Shown here: piece by piece, positions 41,915 through 53,738 of the stretch
How the letters are laid out: each line of letters begins with the position of its first letter
Numbering within the stretch: the first letter of the stretch is position 1
Source of the DNA: Octopus vulgaris
Lineage: Eukaryota
Assembly: GCA_951406725.2 (NCBI GenBank)
Contig: OX597815.1
Coordinates: forward strand, 149,296,001-149,360,000
Length of the DNA stretch: 64,000 nucleotides
Reading direction: 5' to 3'
Translations under genes and position numbers: made by a program
Notes under the pieces: model-generated
The model's database searches: none
Told to the model about the DNA's origin: nothing
The model's input: only the letters and a program-made list of their open reading frames with translations

Positions 41915-42330
41915 GGCGTATGAGAAGCTGTGTGGTATGTAGCTTGGCTACGAACCACATAGCTCCGGATTCAGTCCCACTGCGTGGAACCTTGGGCAGG
42001 TGTCTCCTACTATAGTCTTGGGCCGACCAAATGCTTCTGAGTGGATTTGATAGGCGGAAACTGAAAAGGGTCCGTCGTATATATGTATATATATATATAT
42101 ATATACGTGCATGTGTGTGTATAAGTTTGTGTTTGTCCACCCCCCAACATCGCTTGACAACTGATGCTGGTGTGTTTACGTCCCCGTAACCTAGCGGTTC
42201 AGCAAAAGAGACCGATAGAATAAGTACTAGGCTTACAAATAATAAGTTCTGAGGTCGATTTGCTCGACTAAATGCGGTTCTCCAGCATGGCCACAGTCAA
42301 ATGACTGAAACAAGTAAAAGAGTAAAAGAG
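41915..42330 (+). mobile_element. SINE family B, full length
   Basis: Head, internal microsatellite, tail ccagcatggccacagtcaaatgactgaaacaagtaaaagag. Confidence 0.88.
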
Positions 42331-44805
42331 ATAGAGAGAGAGAGGTGGGGGGAGAAGATACAACAATACACTCACGCACATAAACACAGTGATTATGGGG
42401 GGTGTATAACTACACAGATATGTTAATGTGCATACCTGTATATGCGTGTGTGTGTGTGTGGGGGGTGTATGTGTGTATATATATGTGAGGTAGGGTTGTT
42501 CTTGCTTGTGTGTGTATGCGTGTGGTGAGTGAATATTTGGATATACAGACAGCAATATAGATGTTCTATCCACAAATATAAGTTTTATTTTTCTTTCGGA
42601 TTTTCCTGGATTCAGTCACACAATTCAGAATAGAGTTTGGACTGGTAATACGTCTCAGGTTTGCAACGTAAACTTTCAGTACTTCATAAATGACAATATA
42701 TTTAGCTTTCAGCGATATATCAAATAGTGCACACACACACACACACACTCAACACACATACACGCACACACACACACACACACACACATATTGCAACTTG
42801 TATCTTTTTAAATTGCTAAATCATCTCTCCTCCCGCGGAAGTGGCAATTCCCAACACACGTAAACACACCTTTGTATAGACACAGATACATATACATATA
42901 CATATACATGCATACATACATGTGTTTGTATTTTTGTGCAGGTGATGTTTTATGCGTGCATGCATGTATACATATATGTGTGTATGTGTAGGTGTGTGTG
43001 TGTGCGTGCGTGCGCGTTAGTGTGTGTGTGTGCGTGCGTGCGCGTTAGTGTGTGTTTGTAAATGAATTCGTATGAAAATATGACCTTCAGGCATCTCCAA
43101 ATGTTTATCTCAAATCGACAAAGTATAGAGTAGACCCAAATGAAGGAAATAAATCAAATTGATTCAGCATTGACTGACTGAATACCATGTGCAATGATAC
43201 ACTTGCTCCTCGAAATCTGTTTAGTATAGCAGAAAATGTTCCGTTACTTACGGGCAATCTGCACTTTTTTAAATAAATTTAGCCGACTTTAAAAACGTTT
43301 CTTTAATTTTATTCGCTTAAGTAGGCAGTGAATATTTTAAGACATGATTACATACACACATACGCACTCAAACAACACATACACACATACCCGCACTTAC
43401 ACAACACATAAACACATACACACGTTTGTGTCTGCATTCAAGTACTTGCGTGCATGCTGTTTTACACCTATATTTCGAAATTTATTCAACGCTTATAGCT
43501 CAGGGATATACTCACAATGTCCTATATCATTGCATATACTATTGTAAGTGTGAAATAATATAAATTATTTTTAGCATTTTGTAACTTAGTAAATCACGAA
43601 TTGTTCTAAAATCTACTGATGGAAATAATTCGCCATGTTGTATTTGTAGCGAATACCCTAAAACTATAACACAATTCCAAAGCAAACATATAAAACTGAA
43701 ACTAAGCGGACCGAATTAATGGTGTCCTAAACTATAAGATTTTATGAGATAAGATTTGCTGTTAGGAATAGCTTCTATGACTCGATTAAATGATACCATG
43801 CCTATCATAAAGAATGTTGAACGGAAGCAACTATGTAGCCTTATATATACAGTGAGCAAAGGTAATTAGATAATTTGGTAATTAGATAATTCACGTCTTG
43901 AACAAATTTGGTTAAGTGGATAATTTCAAATCTTTTTTTGATATTTTTCCTACAACGCAGCCACAAATGCAATTATAATAACGGAAAAAAATATCTCGTG
44001 GTTATATAAAAGTAGTTTCCACGCTATCAGGCATTAGTAAAATTACCCCGATTAGAATCACATAACTTAGGGTTCAGGCTCATTGCTCTGCACAATGGAA
44101 AAGTGTCTTCTACTGCAGTACTGGGTCGATCAATACCTTGTAATTGAATATGGTTGACGGAAACAGCGTGTAAGTCCATTTAGTGTATATCACTCAGCCT
44201 TTCTCCTGTCCTTAGTTCTTAGGTCATTTTTCATTTCTCCTTTGTGTCACTCCACATTTGCCTGTCTGCTAGCCCTCCGGCCTTTTTGTTGTATATGTAT
44301 TAGCATTTCTTTTAATTTGTAAGTATGTATTAACTCTAAAGCTATATTCTGTCTATTCATTTTGTCTTTTTCCCTCATCCGTCCACAAACGGTCGCATCT
44401 CGAATTTTTAAACATTTTCGTATGTCCATTTCCGTATATCTTATTAATCCATTGTTTGTCCGCCACGTTTTGGTTTGCTATGTTCTGGCGCATTCCCTGT
44501 GAATTTCTTGCTGGTACCTCCAGAGTGGAAGTAATATCATTGTTAATGAGGCGAAGTTACATTTGATACCTTGGCCGATAACTGATATCTCAATCTTAAC
44601 TCTTTGAGAAAAAAATCTTCTCCCCCCAAAATATATATGTATATATACGCATATGCGTATGGATGTGTGTCTTAGCGTCTCTATCTCTATATCTACATCC
44701 ACTCGATAAATGGTGACGGTTTGTTTACTGTCCATGATTTGGAGGCTAGGAAAATGAGATCGATATAATATGAAATAGACATAAAATGATATGTAATTTT
44801 CAGAA

Positions 44806-45005
44806 AGGTGAGCATGCTGGGCGAAATGCTTATTGTTATTTCATCCCTCTTTACGTTCCAAGTTCAAATTCCACCGAGGTCGAATTTTCCTTTCATCCTT
44901 TCGGGGTCGATACATTAAGTACCAGTTGCGTACTGGGCCGATCTAATCGACTAGCCCTCTTCCCAAAAAATTTCGAGCCTTGTGTCTAGAAGTGAAAAGA
45001 ATATT
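44806..45005 (+). mobile_element. SINE family A
   Basis: cctttcatcctttcggggtcgatacattaagtaccagttgcgtactggg core. Confidence 0.8.
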
Positions 45006-46989
45006 CCCATATTAAAGCATTTCATCAAGAAATAAGTCAAGAAGACAATCCTTTCCCAAATAATTTACACGATGGAAATGACAATCCTAATTATTCTTTA
45101 TTGTTCTTTGATTGGTTCCCTTAATGACGTGGTTGTATTCATTAGGACTATATCCCACAAATAAATCTTGAAATCATATTATACATTTCATGACAATTAA
45201 AATCTGAATTATTTCGTCAGTAAATCTCAAATGTTCCTGGTGATTCATTGCCTCTACTAAACCTTCAAACAATTTCCTCATCGGTGTCGCCAATGTTCAT
45301 CCTAATTTGTTCTACATCGTTTTATCTCTTCTCTTCTTCCCTCACCACTTTTACGTTCCCAGGAAGACTTCCTTTCAGGCCACATCATCACCTCCCTGAA
45401 GCTGGTTAGTATGGTTTTCATGATATCTCTCTCTTTCCAGTCCATCTTTCTGCACTTATTGCATCTTATTCTAATTCTATGGAAAGGGATCACTGTATAT
45501 TCTTTGTCATCAAGTCCTGTGTTCTGTGTGCCTTGGTCATACGAGCTAACTTTTCGTATATATTTGTATATTTAATGTCGTCAGAATTTAGACATCATTC
45601 CGTTGCACTCTGAAACTATTGCTCATTACTGTTCCTATTCTTCCACAAATTGTTTTATCTGAAAGTAAATAACCTATGAGTATATCTACTTTTTTCTTTC
45701 TGTATTGTGTCTTTTAACTTAGAAGTTTATATGCATATTTTAGGTGTATGTATGCCCTGTATGTATGTATATGTTTATGTATATTGAGATATTTATAATC
45801 ATAATTTTCCGTTATACGTAAATATGTGTGTATATATACATATCTATCTATCTATGTGTGTATCTTCCTGTCTCTCTTAAACAAATAATTTTCAGTTATT
45901 TGTTTCAGTTAAATAATATCGTACCTAGCGTTGTATTACCATTATAGATTTAACAGATATTTCTAACATTTACCAAGTACTGATACCTGAAACGCTTATT
46001 GAAAAGCAATTGAATACATGTAACGAAGGTCAACAATATAATCAGCATTTTCCAAAGTCATCCTCTTCATCAAAGTCTTCCCTTTCACCGAAACTCGCCG
46101 ACCTGTAATTGCCGTCGAAATTTCATACAAAATACAAAGGTGTGCTCAGTCGTTACTCAAAAAATTATTTTGTTTGATGTATCCAATGGCGTAAAAATGA
46201 ATGAGAGAAAACGATGGACAAACTAAAGGAAAATCATTATCCATTGTTCATTTTTCCCCATCTCAAATCGGGGAAATGACATTTTGACTTTGGAATGCAG
46301 CGGATCAGCACTATTTCCGCAATGCATTCTATCGGACCTCCTATCGACCCTTCAAATTTCTTGCCAAATATAACAAATGTATTAATCTGGTGCCTGAAAG
46401 TATCATTTCAGATATTTGTCCCCCCCCCCGCCTTGTACTAGTGCAGTACTTTCGGCAATGCTGTTTGATTAGCATTGCACCTTTATGCCTGTGCGGTTCC
46501 GAGTTCGAGCTCACAGCAAGACAAGTGAGTCAATTGTCTTTTGCATATAGACATTTATGTATGGACGTATATGTATGTATATATAGTTATACATGTATAT
46601 AAAGTTAATCTTTATATATGTATCTAGGAAAAATAAAACTGATGCAATTTCGCTAAAATGTCCATTAGAAATTTGTGAGAGAAAATAGCAAGTATTTTGT
46701 TTTTAATTTCTCACGTAAAATGTGACTGTTTTTCATTATCTAGTTTAACAGACAGTTATTCAGTCTCCCATTCTGCAAACGACGCACGTTTTCGGTAATT
46801 TGATGAGAATATAATCGTCCATTAACATTTGTATCAGAGTTTACGAAACGCCATTTACCTTAGGAAACATCAGAAGAATGGTATATACATGCATGGAAGT
46901 TACCAAAAGTTTCAAAAAACACAAAATTAATTGACACAGTTCAAGCACAAAACTAAATCATTTCTGAATTTCACATCCAAAAGTGCAAA

Positions 46990-47325
46990 AATCGACATGT
47001 TTGACGTGTAGTTGTATTATTGTTCCCTTCTGAAAAAGAAATGTCGCAAAATCCTCGAGAGTTACCTGTGTGTTTTTTTTTCTCTTTTCATTACTGCAAT
47101 TACTTCTGGCTCTTCATAACCAACAAATTCTTCAGCTTGTATTTTAATAAATTTGCGTCTACATTGGGCTCTGTTCTTCTGTTTGAACTGTGGGTGCTTT
47201 TCAATACTTAATAAAGCATTGTATGTTGCTGTATCAATCAGGTTGAAAAACACTGCCACTGGCCATCGGCTGGCTCCTTTCAGCGAATAGTATCTAATCA
47301 GATGGTCAAGTGTGTCGAACACTAC
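46990..47325 (-). pseudogene. piggyBac transposase C-terminal remnant
   Basis: FDTLDHLIRYYS...SRWPVAVFFNLIDTATYNA..RRKFI matches the piggyBac GVD..DQ...YS..R.RRWP..F..D.A..NA motif. Confidence 0.75.
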
Positions 47326-48194
47326 GGAAAGTCGAGTACATTTTTCGTGATAGGGATTTATTATTTTTATCTACAAAACATATAATGACAGGACCAGAGT
47401 GGTGCAGTCTATATTTACACAGATCTATTTTTTTAAATTAAAGTCGAAACTCAAAATGAACTTCTTATTTTCACCAAAAAACTTGAGAGAAGAAGTTGTA
47501 TTAATAGTATAAGTTAAATAATTTATTCATATTAAAAAAATAGCTTCTGAGAAAGTTTAGATCTTCAAAGTTGACCCATACTGCTGACTTTGAAAATTCG
47601 TCACACTCGAATATCTATCTGCTGTAATGATTAATCAATTTTAACGAAAATTAATCTTTTGCCATGAACATCTCAACGTCTGAAAGAATCGTTTCAGCGT
47701 GGAACAAGAAGTTTTGTAGTTTTCCTCCGAGTCTCAGCGCTTTGGTTTCAAATTCCGCTCATGTAAAACTCCCCCTTTCCTCATTTTAGATAAAAATGCA
47801 CCAATCCAGACCACTTGAGTAGCGAATCTATAAAAACGTCTGAACGTATTGCCTTGCGTTATTTATTCCTGCATTTTGTATTGTAATTTCAAAGCAGAAT
47901 ATGTCCTACTTGTGGAAAGACCCACTTTAACACCACAAGTTGGTATTTTTTATGGGAATTGTTAGAGCTCCCTCTGCTTCACACATTCCAGCCAATTGTC
48001 CTATTTAAAGATACCCCTCTCTTTGACACCCACATTTCTAGGATCTCCGAATTTCATCATTGCTTTATTTCCCGACTAAAAGAAATAAGTGACAGAAAAG
48101 TTATATACATTAAATATATTGTTTCTGCACTTATCTAGTATTCTTTATACCTATAGATTTATATATAATCCTGTTTCTTCACAACCCCAAACCG

Positions 48195-48233
<39 letters not shown>

Positions 48234-48270
48234 AAATGGAGCTGAACGCAGATTGAACAGAAATCGTTTT

Positions 48271-48361
48271 ATTTCATTCTACACGTGTTTCGAAAGGCAC
48301 TATTACCAAAATCCGATGGAATAATGGGACCATATTGTGTCTTTCTCTTCAGGAAGAAAAT
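48271..48361 (-). ncRNA. Type-I hammerhead ribozyme with canonical core and extended stem II
   Basis: Minus strand: ttc-CTGAAGA-gaaagacac..gtgcctttc-GAAAC-acgt-GTA-gaa; palindromic stem III ACACGTGT. Confidence 0.75.
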
Positions 48362-48449
48362 AGGAAATCCGTTGGAAAAACAAAAACAGAACAGAGGCGG
48401 AGCAAAAACAAATCGAACTATGCTCCTAAGAGCCCATGGCGAAACTGTT

Positions 48450-49526
48450 GATGTGCCTATGGGTAGTTCGGATAGCGCGCAGATAGCCGATTTGGTCGGA
48501 ATATATATTCTCTACGAATTGTCCGACCAATTCCCGGAGATCGCGGGCGGCCTGTATCGTGACGATTGTCTGTTTTACCTGCAAAACACCACGAACAGAA
48601 TAGTGCAGAAAACTAAGAGCAGGTTAGCTAGGTTTTTTAATAGAATGGGCATGAGTATAGTTTTTGATAATGAACTCACCAAGGCCAATTTCCTAGACGT
48701 TACACTTAACCTTAATAGCGACTCATACTGCCCTTACCATAAGCCTTCCACTAATTTGAAGTATGTCAGTGTCTTCTCAAATCATGCCAAAACCGTAACA
48801 GACAATTTGGTTAAAAACATCTCTCTAAGATTGTCTGGCTTGTCCGCCAGTGCCGATATTTTTATGCAGAAAGCGGAATTTTATAACGCCGCACTATCCA
48901 AGACCGGTTATAGGCAGAAGGTAATTTATATTGATCCGGCCCTTCCGATGCCATCATTCGGTCATCAGGATAGGGCCGTATATAATAACATTAACATTTT
49001 AAGTAAGGACGGGAGCGCGGTGGATGCCGGGGTAGTCGCTCCCGCATTTAATTTAGCGAACAAGGATAATTATCGGTCCGGGAGGTCTTACACTAACCCA
49101 AGACCCGTTATTCATCCGAGAATCACCCACCCGAATGCGAGAGCTGGCGTCCCGATCCATCACACTGATAGGAATAAGCATATATGGTTTGTAATCCCCT
49201 TTGGTAAGCAGATTAGAACTAACCTCCCCCTCATGTTTAGACAAGCCATCGCCAATAACTTCCCCAGAAATTCCAAATATTACTCCACGGTTAACTCGCA
49301 TAAAGTTAGGATAGCTTTCTCCAACACTAAAAACCTCGCCCAGATAATCGCCTCCCATAATAATAGGCTACTTACTAAGACCCTATCACCTTTTTCCGGA
49401 GGCACAGCCTCTTCCGCTCCCGGTTTAATGCTCAGTAGGAATAATTATAGTAGTAATAATGATATGAGAGCCAGTACAGTGACACATAATCTCAGCTCCA
49501 GCCAGGAGTACCCACTAGGGGTATAG
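48450..49526 (+). CDS. PLE reverse transcriptase, C-terminal part, 5'-truncated (the first ~55 aa of the listed ORF come from the inverted pseudo-LTR)
   Basis: VPMGSSDSAQIADLVG, GLYRDD, NFLDVTLNL, PYHKP..YV..SNH, RLS.LS, YNAAL..GY, IWFVIPF, KVRIAFSNTKNLAQIIASHN. Confidence 0.85.
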   Translation, partial: DVPMGSSDSAQIADLVGIYILYELSDQFPEIAGGLYRDDCLFYLQNTTNRIVQKTKSRLARFFNRMGMSIVFDNELTKANFLDVTLNLNSDSYCPYHKPSTNLKYVSVFSNHAKTVTDNLVKNISLRLSGLSASADIFMQKAEFYNAALSKTGYRQKVIYIDPALPMPSFGHQDRAVYNNINILSKDGSAVDAGVVAPAFNLANKDNYRSGRSYTNPRPVIHPRITHPNARAGVPIHHTDRNKHIWFVIPFGKQIRTNLPLMFRQAIANNFPRNSKYYSTVNSHKVRIAFSNTKNLAQIIASHNNRLLTKTLSPFSGGTASSAPGLMLSRNNYSSNNDMRASTVTHNLSSSQEYPLGV

Positions 49527-50185
49527 TTATAAATAGGGGTGTTGTGGTTGACGGTAACAATGGGAGTAGGGTAGAGAGCCCCAATAGCATCCCCAGCATC
49601 ATTTCCCGCAATAGCAGCACCACGGGCAGTAGCAATGACAGCACTTTGATAGATAGTGGAGGATCAGGGGTTATTCCTATAGTTAATAGTGACGTAGTGG
49701 AAAATAGAGTAGTAAGCGGCTGCAGGTCTCGGAACGAATATAGTGACAGGAACGCAGTTCTAATTTCAGAAACTAATCCTAGCAGAATTAGATTCACGTC
49801 GGCGAACTCCAAGATCAAAAACGCCGTCTACCAATGCAAGGTTTACACGGACTCAGATGTCTTCACTTATGTAGGGGCCTCATCCTCAAGATTGTCTTTG
49901 CGTGTCTCCAACCATTACGCAACTTTTCGGGACATGAAGAAGCGCCAGACCACGGGACTCAGTAAGCTAATATGGCGACTGAAGGATACGAACTTAAGCT
50001 ACAGGCTGGAATGGTCAATTTTGTCGGTGGCCCTCCCATTTGATAGGGGCAGAAGGCAGTGCAACCTTTGTGTCTCCGAACTCTTCCATATATTGTTTGC
50101 CAGAGGCCGGATGGTAAACGGGCTTTTACAGTCGGCTTTTCGATGCCCCCATTGGCGGCGTTACACTTATCTGGCTTTTAAATAG
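49490..50185 (+). CDS. S/N/V-rich linker plus PLE GIY-YIG endonuclease, in the -1 frame relative to RT
   Basis: NAVYQCKV..TYVGASS..RVSNH..TGLSKLIWRLK..WSIL..A.PF..CNLC..E..CPH; frame is open from 49490. Confidence 0.85.
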   Translation, partial: SQLQPGVPTRGIVINRGVVVDGNNGSRVESPNSIPSIISRNSSTTGSSNDSTLIDSGGSGVIPIVNSDVVENRVVSGCRSRNEYSDRNAVLISETNPSRIRFTSANSKIKNAVYQCKVYTDSDVFTYVGASSSRLSLRVSNHYATFRDMKKRQTTGLSKLIWRLKDTNLSYRLEWSILSVALPFDRGRRQCNLCVSELFHILFARGRMVNGLLQSAFRCPHWRRYTYLAFK

Positions 50186-50783
50186 CGTTTATAAATAATA
50201 CCGGCACCCATAGCCCTTGGTAACAAATTCTGAAATAGCCTTTAAGATATCTACGATTAACCACTGCAAGGGGAATTACTCCTGTAAGACAAACGGGGCT
50301 TGGTTTTTTCACAGCGGGGGGTTTCCTTGACAAGGCAGGCTTAGATGAACACACACACACATAAAACATGATATATATATATATATATATTTTTTTTTTC
50401 TGCCACCCAACGGTCATCACGGCAGTAGCCACTGACAGCCGAACGATCAAACGCACACACGTACACAAAAAATGTTTTCTACCCCTACGCCAACACACAC
50501 ATATATAGAACAGTATACACACACACACGTCTCTAAGTAGATTTTTTCTCGCCCCTTATAAAACATCCAATATTCCTTAAATAGTCAGAACTTTATTCTC
50601 GGTCACAAAGAACATCTACGCCCCCTCACCCACATGATTGACCGATGCCTGACCCGTTGAATTCTTCAGCAACCGGTTCTCAACATGCACTGATAAACAG
50701 TTTCGCCATGGGCTCTTAGGAGCATAGTTCGATTTGTTTTTGCTCCGCCTCTGTTCTGTTTTTGTTTTTCCAACGGATTTCCT

Positions 50784-50875
50784 ATTTTCTTCCTGAAGAG
50801 AAAGACACAATATGGTCCCATTATTCCATCGGATTTTGGTAATTTGTGCCTTTCGAAACACGTATAGAATGAAAT
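50784..50875 (+). ncRNA. Type-I hammerhead ribozyme, sense copy, G>A at 50864
   Basis: CTGAAGA at 50793-50799, GAAAC at 50855-50859, then acgtATAgaa. Confidence 0.65.
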
Positions 50876-51083
50876 AAAACGATTTCTGTTCAATCTGCGT
50901 TCAGCTCCATTTCTTCAATTCACCAATAATGTTCTAATTTCAATTATCCGCACCAACGCACGGTTGCAACACCATATGGTTGTACCTCCAACCGTGCTGT
51001 TTTACTGCTGTGATTTTTGCTACTAAGGTATCGGTTAAACTTTTGATTAATCTACTACAAGATTAGTCATCTTTCTATTTCAC

Positions 51084-51128
<45 letters not shown>

Positions 51129-51159
51129 ACATATGTGTGTGTGTATATATATATGTATA

Positions 51160-52077
51160 TATTAATAATAGAAGGTAAATTTTATTAATTAAATTAATTA
51201 AGTTTATCCACATAATTATAATTAAGGTTCAGCTAACTGCTTCACTACATACCGAAATTAGAAAAAGGAGTTAAAAATTCATTTTCTACTACTATAACAA
51301 TCATAACGGTAAACACACTTTTTTACGAAGGCAAGGAGAACAACAATGAATTAACACGGCCAGGATTAATTATATACGCGTTTCGAGATTAAAGTAATTT
51401 AATCATTGATTCATTGTTTTTCTCTTTGCCTTCGTAAAAAAGTACGTTTATCGTCATGGAGATACTTATAGTAGTAGAAAAGGAATTTTAAACTCCTTTT
51501 TATAATTTCGGTATGTGGTGAAGCTGTTAGCAGATCGTATTTAAAATTATGTGGATAATTTTACCTATAAAGTTTATTTTAACGTACCGATCTACTTGGT
51601 AAAATTGTTAATTAATTGATTAATTAATTAATTTAATTAATAAATTTTACCCTTCTATGATTAATATAAAATTATAATTTACTCCATGATAGAATACTGC
51701 AGTTTTCTGCGGTATTGCTCGTAGCATCCACGTGGGTATGGAGTTTAAATAGTGTATACACATTCGGCTCTGTAAATTTTGGAAGTGCTGGTTAGATATC
51801 TGTTACATGATGTCGCTCGATTGTGTGCATATTCGGTGATAGCACTTTCAAATTATATAAAATTTGGAAATATCATACTGAAGAGAGAAGTAAAATTCAA
51901 ATTACTTTAATCTCGAAACGCCTATATAATAAATCCTGGTCGTGTTAATTCATTGTTTTTCTCTTTGCCTTCGTAAAAATGTACGTTTACCATCATGGAG
52001 GTTCTTATAGTAGTAGAAACGGAATTTTTAATTCCGCTTTCTAATTTCTGTATGTGGTGAAGCAGTTAGCTGAACCC

Positions 52078-52082
<5 letters not shown>
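51160..52082. mobile_element. Inverted plus tandem array of a PLE pseudo-LTR-like unit (three copies)
   Basis: 51160-51400 is inverted relative to 51410-51668 and 51895-52082; hammerhead motif at 51871-51930. Confidence 0.75.
51871..51930 (+). ncRNA. Type-I hammerhead motif with mutated cleavage triplet
   Basis: ata-CTGAAGA-gagaagtaa..ttactttaatctc-GAAAC-gc-CTA-tat; the inverted copy at about 51372-51400 retains GAAACGCGTA. Confidence 0.6.
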
Positions 52083-52142
<60 letters not shown>

Positions 52143-52147
52143 GTATA

Positions 52148-53174
52148 TTTTTTCTAGTTTCAGCTCAGTGCTGCGGCCATGCTGATGCACCGCCGTTTTG
52201 TGCTACACTGTTATTACGACGAACCTCGTCTAATATCTGGTACTTGGTGAGGAATTGATTTTGATACATCTACTCTCATTTGCACCTCTTGCCGTGAGGT
52301 AGGTTCATCTAGGACTCTTGACAGGAAGATGTCCAGCTTTGATTTAAAAACCGCTACATCTACTTTGTGCAAGTTCCTCAGACTCTTTGGGAGAATATTA
52401 AAAAGATGTGGGCCCTTAAAAAACAGGCTGTTGCAGAAGCTGGTCCTGAAGCATGATGGTATTGCTGGGATCTTTGGCACTGTGCAGTATCGTCCCGTTC
52501 TAGCATTGGTGTAGCTTACAATGCCAAAATTTAGCACAATTCCTTCCAGGATCTTCCAGACATATATCACTGCATACTTCTCCCGTCTTCTCTCCAGGGA
52601 GTAGAGTCTTAGCTGTTTCAACCTTTCCCAGTAGCTGAGCTATTGCAAAGAGACGATCTTCTTTGTGAATCGTCTATGGATTGCTTCAAGGTCCGCTGTT
52701 AGTTTTACACTAGTGGGTGACCATAGCTGTGAGCAGTAATCCAGGCGATTGAGGACGAATGTCAGCCAGAGGACCATCATGGATTCCTTATCTCTGGTTC
52801 TGAATATTCTTAGGATCCACCCAGCCAGTCGTCTGCACATTGTCGCCATCCTGGTAATGTGCACTTGGAAAGAGGTATCATCACTCATGTAGATACCCAG
52901 GTCCCTCACAGACTTAGGCTATGGGATTGAAATTCCCTGTGGACCGGTGTATCCTGTTAGTTTAATATTCAGTTTTGGATGCTGGTAGCGCAGGGCCTGG
53001 AATTTTTCAGCATTAAACTGCATATTATTATTCTCAGCCCATCTGTAGATTGACTCCAACTTATACTGCAGGTGTGCAACATCGCTGGGGTTCTGTATTT
53101 TCTGCGAGACATTCGTATCGTCTGCATAGCTGGCCAGAGTGGCTCTCCGGGCATTTGAGGGCATATCTGAGAGG

Positions 53175-53178
<4 letters not shown>
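52148..53178 (-). mobile_element. Second 5'-truncated copy of the CR1-like LINE
   Basis: High similarity to 38094-39125; retains YADD; in-frame stops; both ends in (TA)n. Confidence 0.92.
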
Positions 53179-53245
<67 letters not shown>

Positions 53246-53318
53246 ATATATATGTATATATGTATATATATATGTATATATGTATATATATATGTATATA
53301 TATATGTATATATATATG

Positions 53319-53367
<49 letters not shown>

Positions 53368-53475
53368 GTATATATATATATGTATATATATATGTATATA
53401 TATATATAAATATATATATAAATATATATGTATATGTAAATATATATGTATATATGTATATGTATATATATATAT
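53179..53475. repeat. (TA)n/(TATG)n microsatellite
   Basis: Direct inspection. Confidence 0.95.
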
Positions 53476-53518
53476 GTGTGCGTGTGTACTTTATTGAAAA
53501 GCTGAAAAAATATAACAG

Positions 53519-53560
53519 CTGTTACTTAGAGTTTCACATTCTTGTTCGTCGGACAGTTTT
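53519..53560 (-). ncRNA. Type-I hammerhead motif with CCGACGA core
   Basis: Minus strand: aaaactgt-CCGACGA-aca.agaa.tgt-GAAAC-tctaa-GTA-acag. Confidence 0.7.
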
Positions 53561-53670
53561 GTTGAAATGGAACAGGAAAAACGATGTAATCAAAGCTAGT
53601 TAAAGGATACACCTTCAAAAATTTATTTGTTTCATTGGTCTTTTCAATTTACGGTCTTAAGCATGCAATG

Positions 53671-53738
<68 letters not shown>

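Larger units (their letters stand above)
48231..51085 (+). mobile_element. 5'-truncated PLE, Hydra-clade-like, with inverted 5' pseudo-LTR
   Basis: Near-identical inverted repeat of about 219 bp (48231-48449 / 50697-50915); RT then C-terminal GIY-YIG; (TA)n on both sides. Confidence 0.9.

Noticed and set aside
45300-45620. Possible RTE LINE 3' remnant (KTILTS..GRREE)
   Set aside because: Similarity too weak
48285-48449. Apparent novel N-terminal domain on the 413-aa ORF
   Set aside because: It is the antisense pseudo-LTR read through by chance; the same peptide appears in ORF 50666-50893 on the minus strand
48450-50185. Selenoprotein-encoding Naiad-type PLE
   Set aside because: The endonuclease is C-terminal, there is no in-frame TGA at Cys positions and no SECIS was seen
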